From Octopus bimaculoides (Eukaryota): a stretch of 64,000 bases of DNA. Positions 56,301 to 64,000 of this stretch are shown here, piece by piece. The stretch is from the NCBI RefSeq assembly GCF_001194135.2, contig NC_068991.1:60534832-60598831 (forward strand). Direction: 5' to 3'. The translations under genes were made by a program, and so were the position numbers. Numbering within the stretch: position 1 is the stretch's first letter; every line of letters starts with the position of its first letter. Below the pieces are notes generated by a model, which was given only the letters and a program-made list of their open reading frames with translations, was not told the origin of the DNA and did not search any database.

Positions 56301-59300
56301 GAACTCAGCACAGAGCAATGAGCAAAATACTGTTAAGCATTTCGTCCAGCGTGCTAACAATTCTGCCAGCTTGCTGTCATAATAATAATAATAATAATAA
56401 TAGTTTCAAATCTTAGCACAAGCCAGCACATTGAGAGGAAGGAGGTAAGTCAATCACATTGACTCCAAAATGATGAAAAGTGGAGTCTACTTCACTTTCC
56501 ATCCTTTCAGAGTCACACACAAAAAAAAAAATAATGATAATAATAATAACAAGAGCACTCAGTGGGCGCAAGCCTTCGTGAAGGCAGCAACACCAACGTC
56601 CTCTCAACGATTAGCCAGAGATGATTTTTAAAATGAGAATAGCTGAAATAAACTCGATTGCTCTCACAAACGAGAATACTAAAAATGAACCTGACTGTTT
56701 TAAAAAATTAAGTAAAAATAAACGGAAAAATAATCCAGAATCCTTGTTTGGTACCTGATCGATCCCAATGGTAGTCATGGATAGTGAAGGTGGTTGTAAA
56801 AAATTTAGTAACAGTAATAAATAGTTTATCCTTATCTAATACAAGCCAAAGTTAAAAAATTCACCATTCAAAAGAGTTACAGCCTAAAGGGAGATAATTG
56901 AGAAAGACTTGAAAGTTAACGTAAGATCGAAATCATATAAAGTAAATATAACAAATAATCCAGAATCATTGTCTGGTACCAGATCGATCCCAAAATCTAA
57001 TCAGTTCGTGCCAGTCATGAGGTCAAACATCCCTGGAATTGAAACCACAATCTTACAATTATGAGTGCAAAATTTTAACCACTAGATGATGCAGCTTTAC
57101 TGGTGGAATTTATGACTTACAGAAATAGACTGGAGTTAAAGATCAAGACAAATAGAAGGTAAAGTGTGTGTGTGGGGGGGGGGAGTATGATTGAGTTAAG
57201 GAGATAATGAGATGAATTAGGTCTTTTTAAGGACAAAAAATCTTACCATTGATCCAACTTTTCCAAGAATTAACTGAGGCTCTAAAGGCATAATTTTTGT
57301 CAGGTCCTTTATAACAGACTAGAATTAAAAATAAAAAAGTGAATAGAATGACAATCAAAAGTTTGTGTGAAGATACTGAAGTTACATAAGGCTATTGTAG
57401 AAAATTATCATTAGAAATAAACTCCTAATGTAAGTTGATTACATTGGCTCCAGTACTCAACTGGTACTAATTTTATCAACCCAAAAAGGATGAAAGGCAA
57501 AGTCGACTTTGGTGGTATTTGAATTCAGAATGTTAAGATGGACAAAATACTGCTAAGCATGTTGCCTGGTGTGCTAATAATTCTGCCAGCTCACCACCAT
57601 TTATATGTATTTTAATGGACATTAAACGATGATGATGATATTGGTAACAGGGACATCTGTCCAAGCATGGAAAAGTAGATGTTAAAAACGATAGTTATCT
57701 ATACATATAGATGTATATATGTACACACATGCACATACAGGGTCATGGTTGTGTGGTCATTAAGTTCATTTCTCAATCATGTAGTTTGAGGCTCAGTCCT
57801 ACTCTGTGGGTGGCACCTTGAACAAGTATCTTTTACCACAGCTCCAGACTAACAAAAAGTCTCATGAATGAATTTGAGGAAAACAATTAAAAGAAGCAGA
57901 CAGATGAAGAAAGATTATAATTTACAGGAGTATCTAATCTCATCTTTAAAGAAGGAAGATTTTTCACAATATTTGCATCGGGATTTTGTTTCAATCTCTA
58001 ATCATATAGCTGTCTTATAACTGGATGTAACAGCTTACTTGTTTGAACAAAGTATCATTATTTCTAATTTGAGCTTAACGATGTTCATATCTATTAGATG
58101 ACTGATACATGTGCACAATCACTGTCATCATCACTGGTTTAACGCCTACTTTTCCTTGCTCGCATGGGTTAGAGGAAATGTTTTAAAGATTTTCTATGTT
58201 TGGCTGCCTTTCTTGTCACCAATCTTCACCTGTTTTCAAGGAAGGTTTTAATTCTCCATGACCAGACATGATTTTAGTGGAGATTGAAAATGAAAGACAT
58301 TGTTTACATGATGGTGACACATGTTTACAACCATCATGTAAAATCAGGGCAAGGAAACACAAACACACATGCGAGCACGTGCACACATGACGAGCTTCTT
58401 TCAGTTCCATGTAACAAATCCACTAGCAAGGGTCTGGCTACAGTAGAAAACATCTGCTCAAGGCACCATGCAGTGGGACTGAACCTGGAACCATGTGGTT
58501 AGGAAGCAGACTTCTTACTACACAGTCACACTTGATAGATATTGGTTTCAAATCTTAGCACAAGGCCAGCAATTTCAGGGGAGGGGGTAAGTCAATTACA
58601 TTGACCCCAATGTTCAACTGGTATTTATTTTATTAACATTGAAAGGATGAAAGACAAAGTCGACCTTGGCAGAATTTGAACTCACAACATAAAGATAGAT
58701 GAAATGCTGCTAAGCATTTTGCCCAGCATGCTAACAATTCTGCCAGCTCTCTGCCTTAAACTTGACAGACATTGAAAAGTCTTATATTTAAAGATGAGGC
58801 TAATAAACCTTTAGACAAATGAATTTCCAGACATTGCTGCACTTACCATAATCTGGATGGCAAGCTCTCGAGATGGAACTATGATTATAGACTTTGGAGA
58901 ATTCTTATGTTTGGAGTTAGTCACTACATCATTATACTGCTTAATTAACTGGAAAATTGGTAACAAGTATGCCAGGGTTTTACCACTTCCTGTAGAATAG
59001 AAATATCACAAAAATATCAGAGTTGGATGTCAGTAAGATGTTTTAGTAATGTAAACAAGGGGTGCTGAAAATTTTCTGGTTTTGGGTAGAAGAAAATACA
59101 GGAGGATCACTTAATTATGATTTTATTCAACATATTCCCCTCTCAGATTCACACATTTATTGCAGCAATCTTCAGTTTTTCTAAGTCCTGTAAAAAAACT
59201 CAGAAGGTTGGGCCTCCAACCAGGCCTTTTGCAATACCCTTAAAGTCAGGCACTTTTTAGCACCCGCTTGCAGAAGAACTTTATTGAAGCACTGTAGAGA

Positions 59301-61980
59301 TTAATGCCCAGGAGTTGTAGATGATGAAGTGTGTTATTTGCAGTGAAAGCATCTAAAGGCAACAAGTTGTATATATGGTTGAGGAAGGGGCCAGGGAGCT
59401 TCAAATCAAGTGATCATACAGACATCTGTCCCCCCCCCTTTTTTTTGAAGGAGAGAAGAGGTGGAATTGGAAAGAATAGCTTGAATGGTTGGAGATTACA
59501 ACACAGAAGTTATAGACGATTATGTGCTTTATTGGAAGATTGCAGAAGTGTAAGGTAAGAGAGAGGAATTTGATCAGCATGTACATGTGTGCCCAAGAAG
59601 AGTGTTGTGGCATTGATAAAGCTCCATTTTGATTACTGCAATCAAGCAGGTTGATTGACTGTGTTGATAACTTCTTTTAGAATTGCATTTAGTTCATTTG
59701 ATGAAATAGAGATTTAATATAGATTCAATGAACATAAGATGTAATCCTTACCAGTTTCAGCTGCACAGATGACATTGCTGCCTTGTAAAATTTCTGGAAT
59801 TGCTTGAATCTGTAAAATATAACATATTCAATTATGTTCCTTTTCAATTGAACAGTTTACAATATATGAGTTTCATTCTTACTTTTACATTGTGTTACAT
59901 AATAAACTGGCTCCCACCTTGTGTTTTCACCACACTCTCATCATGAGTGACATTCTAGAAATTCAACTAGAAATTTCAGTAAAGTTATCTCATAAACCAG
60001 TTTGTGCGGAAGCCTGTCTTATATGTACATAAATGTGTGTGTGTGTGTGCACGCGCGCGTCTTTGTCCCCCAATTGCTTGACAATTGATGTTGGTTTGTT
60101 TAAGGGGACTGATAAAACAAGTACCAATCTTAAAAAAAAGTATTGGGGTCAATTTCTTTGACTAAACCCTTCAGGGTGATGCCCCAGCATGGCCACAGTC
60201 CAATGACTGAAACAAACAAAAGATAAAATATATCATTATAAAAGCATAGCTATAGTTGTGTGTATATGGGATTCATAAGATAACTGTGTGGTTTTAGGTT
60301 CTATCCACTGTGTGGCACCTAGGAAAAGTGTCTTCTATTGTAACTTGAGACCGGCCAATATTTTGAAAACTGTAAGGAAGCCTACTCTATGTGTGTATGC
60401 ATGAATGCTGATACTCCACATCTTTGCATAACAACATCTGAGCAAAACAGTGATGTCATATTTACATTAAATAATATGTCTTGTAGCTTTGTGCTTTGAA
60501 AATCCATTACTTCAAAAACAGGTGAGGTTAGGTGACAGGAAGGGCATCCAACCATAAAATACTGCTTTAAATAAGTCTTTATCCAACTCATGCCAACATG
60601 AAAAACAGATGTAAAGTGAATGAATGAACAAAGAAATATTGGGATACCTGCACGTCTGTTGGAGTGCTTAATCCTGCTTCAGAAAGGTAATCCCTTAGAC
60701 TACTCATTAAATTCAGATCTTCAAATGATTTTGGTTTTTTAACAACTGCTGGATTCTGCAAAATAAATGAATAACTAAATAAATACATATTTCAAACTTG
60801 TGACAATAAAAATTTTTTTAATTTTTTTTTTAATTATTAATTAAAAGTTGGATGAAAACAAAATTAGCTACTGAGTCTTTGGACAGAATAATCTCCCTTA
60901 CTAACTTCTTTGCAGAAAATCTATACTATTTAGAAAGCTTTCTTTCCTGATGAAACTTGTAACCATATATGTTGATTATCTTGCTTCGACCATTGTCCTC
61001 CTACTATATTTGTTTTAGCAGCAGCAACAATAGTCTTCAACACCTCCTCTTCTTCCTATTTTCTCTCTTCCTCAGAAATTGCAACTCACTAACTATAAAG
61101 AAAGGTAACATTAACTCTTGTTTTTCTGTTGAAATATGCTACTTTTGCTTCAATTAATTTTGAAAATAATGAAGGAGTGGCTGTGTGGTAAGTAGCTTGC
61201 TTACCAACCACATGGTTCTGGGTTCAGTCCCACTGCGTGGCACCTTGGGCAAGTGTCTTCTACTATAGCCTCGGGCCGACCAAAGCCTTGTTAGACGGAA
61301 ACTGAAAGAAGCCCATCGTATATAAGTGTATGTATATATATATATATATGTGTATTTGTGTCTGTGTTTGTCCCTCCAACATCGCTTGACAACCGATGGT
61401 TGTGTGTTTACATCTCCGTAACTTAGCGGTTCGGCAAAAGAGACTGATAGAATAAGTCCAAGGCTTACAAAGAATAAGTCCTGGGGTTGATTTGCTCGAC
61501 TAAAGGCGGTGCTCCAGCATGGCCGCAGTCAAATGACTGAAACAAGTAAAAGAGAATCGAATAAAATAACTTTGTCTTATTAAGCTGTCATTTGGAATAC
61601 AAATTAAGAGATTTCAATGGAAGGTTTTACTTTAAATAACTTTAAAGCAGGGTTTTTCAAGCATTTATCTCAATGTTTCAAGTAAATTACAGTACAATTT
61701 TTATACTTACTGAATTCCAGTCCATCAAAGTAAAATGGTCTCCCACTGATTTGCGATGCTTCCAGCCATAAGATGCTAACGTTTTAGGATTGAAATCATT
61801 GTATGTTTGACCCTTGTGGTGATTGAACTTTTCTCGGTGACACGATATCACCAGAGGAGATTTAAACTTCAAGGGTTTTCTAATCCTTTTTGTCCTGTCA
61901 TTTCTTATGTTCTGTTTATTTAAGTTCAAAACCATTTTCTGAGGAATTGTTATTCGAGGAATAAATTTATTGGCTGTGGA
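44023..61980 (-). CDS. DDX28: DDX28-like mitochondrial DEAD-box RNA helicase, 13 coding exons in the window (525 aa); 5' exon(s) not located
   Basis: Motifs in order: Q (FEDLNL..TPTDVQ), I (AETGSGKT), Ia (VPSRELA), Ib (VTTSGAL), II (LDEADTLLDDSF), III (GAT), IV (LFCK), V (STDIASRGLD), VI (HRVGRVGR). The N-terminal LASYGWKHRKSVGDHF resembles DDX28 LASQGWKSRRARRDHF. All 12 junctions are GT-AG and in phase. Confidence 0.93.
44900..45355 (+). repeat. Family B copy extending further 5' into the RTE 3' UTR
   Basis: gctgtgcttgagaagac also follows the RTE ORF ends near 23250 and 30170. Confidence 0.8.
47116..47268 (-). CDS. DDX28: DDX28 exon (VQTVMNYDFP..DYIHRVGRVGRLGS..WLLE)
   Basis: Motif VI; acceptor tgtgtctag|, donor GAA|gtaagt. 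Confidence 0.95.
47971..47998 (-). ncRNA. Partial hammerhead core with a different stem II, cut off by an assembly gap
   Basis: CTGATGA A GGAC tctaat GTCC AAAA TG followed by Ns; perfect 4-bp stem II. Confidence 0.5.
49040..49132 (-). CDS. DDX28: DDX28 exon (ERKDIYEKF..ILVSTDIASRGLDTTH)
   Basis: Motif V; acceptor cttttcag|, donor CAT|gtaagt. Confidence 0.95.
50115..50460 (+). repeat. Family B copy
   Basis: Diagnostic motifs and tail. Confidence 0.85.
50797..51209 (+). mobile_element. tRNA-headed SINE (family A)
   Basis: Head GGAGTGGCTGTGTGGTAAG..GGGTTCAGTCC, central (TA/TG)n, tail GGCGGTGCTCCAGCATGGCC..GAAACAAGTAAAAGAG. Confidence 0.88.
51224..51369 (-). CDS. DDX28: DDX28 exon (FVLKF..VMLFCKDNSSSYWL..FNGNVFAE)
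   Basis: Motif IV; acceptor gctttcag|, donor GAG|gttagt. Confidence 0.92.
52142..52238 (-). CDS. DDX28: DDX28 exon (LDTFTKVTTEYLHHIPPHIKQKFVRLLPSEKP)
   Basis: Resembles DDX28 LHCIMPHVKQTFLRL; acceptor ttttacag|, donor G|gtaagt. Confidence 0.92.
53040..53201 (-). CDS. DDX28: DDX28 exon (AHIKTMSPADL..SSSSSSS..QIILAGATLP..NIIP)
   Basis: Motif III (GAT); acceptor tattacag|, donor CCA|gtaagt. Confidence 0.92.
54144..54300 (+). mobile_element. tRNA-headed SINE (family D; further copies near 37585-37860, 43663-43890, 53718-53990 and 63100-63365)
   Basis: GCGCATAGCTTAATGGTTAGGG..GTTTCAGTTCCTGG..TTGTGTTCTT(G)AGCAAAACACTTCATTTCACATTGCTC. Confidence 0.75.
54511..54617 (-). CDS. DDX28: DDX28 DEAD exon (RIKFHNLMQLVLDEADTLLDDSF...HMK)
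   Basis: Acceptor attttcag|, donor AAA|gtatgt. Confidence 0.95.
54735..54930 (-). repeat. Family B copy (short)
   Basis: Diagnostic motifs and tail. Confidence 0.8.
55422..55497 (-). CDS. DDX28: DDX28 exon (EKLVLNNNMDILVTTSGALKAMLAK)
   Basis: Motif Ib region; acceptor atattag|, donor A|gtaagt. Confidence 0.88.
55738..56140 (-). repeat. Family B copy
   Basis: Diagnostic motifs and tail. Confidence 0.85.
56548..57030 (+). mobile_element. Unclassified element starting AACAAGAG, with an internal duplication
   Basis: aataatccagaatc(c/a)ttgt(t/c)tggtacc(t/a)gatcgatccca appears near 56730 and 56955; locally CpG-rich. Confidence 0.45.
57247..57318 (-). CDS. DDX28: DDX28 exon (SVIKDLTKIMPLEPQLILGKVGSM)
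   Basis: Acceptor ttaattctag|, donor ATG|gtaaga, phase 0-0. Confidence 0.85.
58545..58758 (-). mobile_element. Family C SINE (further copies near 56175-56380, 57430-57600 and 62070-62270)
   Basis: Same motif set. Confidence 0.8.
58847..58989 (-). CDS. DDX28: DDX28 exon (GSGKTLAYLLP...VPSRELAIQIM)
   Basis: Walker A and motif Ia; acceptor ttctacag|, donor ATG|gtaagt. Confidence 0.95.
59752..59809 (-). CDS. DDX28: DDX28 exon (IQAIPEILQGSNVICAAET)
   Basis: Acceptor ttttacag|, donor G|gtaagg. Confidence 0.93.
60648..60755 (-). CDS. DDX28: DDX28 Q-motif exon (NPAVVKKPKSFEDL...TPTDVQ)
   Basis: Acceptor tttgcag|, donor CAG|gtatcc, 108 nt. Confidence 0.92.
61171..61555 (+). mobile_element. tRNA-headed SINE (family A)
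   Basis: Close match to the 50797-51209 copy. Confidence 0.88.
61711..61980 (-). CDS. DDX28: DDX28 exon (STANKFIPRITIPQKM...GDHFTLMDWNS)
   Basis: Acceptor ttcttttgtcttag|, donor TCA|gtaagt. Confidence 0.85.
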
Positions 61981-62451
61981 CTAAGACAAAAGAATACAAA
62001 AATAAATACAGAAAAATACAGAAAACAACAAGATTCTAATATGACTGTTGCATAATGTAACTCTTTTCTGCTATAAGCACAAGGCCTGAAATTTTGTGAG
62101 AGAGGGCTAATCAATTACATTGACCCCCAAGACACAACTGGTACTTGATTTATCAACCCCAAAAGGATGAAAAGCAAAGTTAATTTTGGCAGAATTTTCA
62201 CTCAGAATGTAAAAGATGGGTGAAATATTGTTAAGCATTGTCTGGTGCTCTAACAATTCTGCCAGCTTGTTATGTTACTGTCATCGTCATCATCATCATC
62301 ATCACCTTCACCATCATCATCATCATCATCAACATCCGCATTCCATGCTAGCATGGGTTGGATGATTTGACTGAGGACTGGTGAACCAGATGGCTGCACC
62401 AGGCTCCAATCTGATCTGGCAAATGTAAATAATATTTAAGATAAGTTGAAG

Positions 62452-62820
62452 TGGTGGCTGTGTGGTACCAACAAAATGGTTCCGGGTTCATTCCCACTGC
62501 GTGGCACCTTGGGCAAGTGTCTTCTACTATAGCCTCAGGCCAACCAAAGCCTTGTGAGTGGATTTGGTAGACAGAAACTGAAAGAAGCCCATCATATATA
62601 TGCATATATATATATGTATGTGTTTGTCCTGCCAACATCGCTTGACAACCAAAGCTGGTGCGTTTACGTACCCGTAACTTAGCGGTTTGGCAAAACAGAC
62701 CGATAGAATAAGTACTAGGCTTACAAAGAATAAGTCCTGGGGTCAATTTGCTCAACTCAAGGCGGTGCTCCAGCATGGCCGCAGTCAAACGACTGAAACA
62801 AGTAAAAAAGTAAAGAGTAA
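62452..62820 (+). mobile_element. tRNA-headed SINE (family A)
   Basis: Same head, body and tail. Confidence 0.85.
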
Positions 62821-63411
62821 ACAAACAGCACAGAATTGAAGTGAGAAAGTGGAGGGGTGTTGGGTAAGTGTTTAATGAAGGGTAGTAGATAGGTTTTTAA
62901 TAACTTTAAACACACAAAAGAGTGAATACCGAATAGATACTTACCTGGATAGAGAACAGAATGGATACTGTCACACTATAACTAAGGTAGATGTAAAACA
63001 AAGAAGAGGATTTGGGAAGGTCATGGTTGTTGGCAGTGAAACTCATTTACAACTGTCACGTGATGTCAAGAAAAGGAGACACACACACACATATATATGT
63101 GAAGGTGCATGGCCTAGTGGTTAGGGTGTTGCACTGACAATCAAAAAGATAATGGTTTCAGTTCCTGGACTGGGTGGTGTGTAGCATTCTTGAGCAGAAC
63201 ACTTCATCTCACATTGTTCTGCAATCACTTCAACACCTGACGTGCGGCACATCATGCACCTGTTCAGGCAGGGTCGATTTGATGGAGGGAAGGAGCTAGT
63301 GTACGGCACACACATTTGATCACTATAAACAAATCATTTGTGTAGGTCATTCAGCAAAAAGCTGAACATTCATACATACATTTACCTTGAATTGGAAGTT
63401 CAATCGTATTC

Positions 63412-63549
63412 AGAGTGGTTGGCGTTAGGAAGGGCATCCAGCTATAGAAACTCTACCAAATCAGATTGGAGCCTGGTGTAGCCATCCGGTTTCACCAGTC
63501 CTCAGTCAAATCGTCCAACCCAAGCTAGCATGGAAAGCGGACGTTAAAC

Positions 63550-63588
<39 letters not shown>
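63412..63588 (+). repeat. Family B copy (5'-truncated) with a long (GAT)n tail
   Basis: Diagnostic motifs. Confidence 0.85.
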
Positions 63589-64000
63589 ATGGTAGGGGGG
63601 CTCCGGAAGGGGTCTCAGGGAATAGCGTCCCTGCCTTCCTGAGCTAATTTTCCATCACATTTCTTAAAAATTGTGGTAAAAGTCTAAGTCTCAGGACCAC
63701 TCATGTCTAGAAACTGAGGTTCGGTGTAAGCAAGGGCATGCTCCCTGTAGAAAATCCAGCTCCTAGAAAGCCGCATGGTAGCAAGGGAGAATAAGCACCA
63801 GCCAGCCCAAAGGTTGGGATGGGCTGCCTACCTCAGTTGCTATGGCATTGAGGCAGATCTGGCTACCCCCATTAACAGGGACAAAACCTGGATTTAAAAC
63901 ATTGCATGATGATGATGATGATGATGATGATGATGCTATACAATGGGTTGTTTTCAGTTTCCATTCACCCAATCCACTCACAAGGCACTGGCAGACCTGG

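Overview
AT-rich, repeat-dense animal genomic DNA from a scaffold with six N-gaps; there are no prokaryotic-style features. The tRNA-derived SINE and RTE-LINE content, (CAT)n/(TAA)n/(TA)n microsatellites and intron-rich genes suggest an octopod cephalopod such as Octopus (inference). Three spliced genes lie in tandem on the minus strand; I reconstructed them by hand from GT-AG sites and reading phase. (1) A DDX28-like mitochondrial DEAD-box helicase has 13 coding exons in the window (61980 to 44023), and its first exon was not located. (2) TMEM223 has 2 coding exons (40144 to 33255, 266 aa). (3) BDP1 (TFIIIB B'' subunit) has about 15 coding exons (24082 to about 710, about 1,020 aa), with its SANT core near the C-terminus. 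Introns and intergenic DNA hold at least four tRNA-headed SINE families, RTE fragments and several hairpin (MITE-like) elements. The most notable observation is a tRNA-headed SINE family whose reconstructed consensus contains a type I hammerhead ribozyme, present as an inverted pair in a BDP1 intron, plus a third hammerhead core with a different stem II. Also notable are a candidate in-frame BDP1 cassette exon created by a duplicated splice donor, BDP1 motif-bearing phase-2 exon modules with a 17-aa tandem repeat, and (TTAGGG)n-cored hairpin elements, one near the predicted BDP1 5' end. All repeat boundaries are approximate and no database searches were possible.
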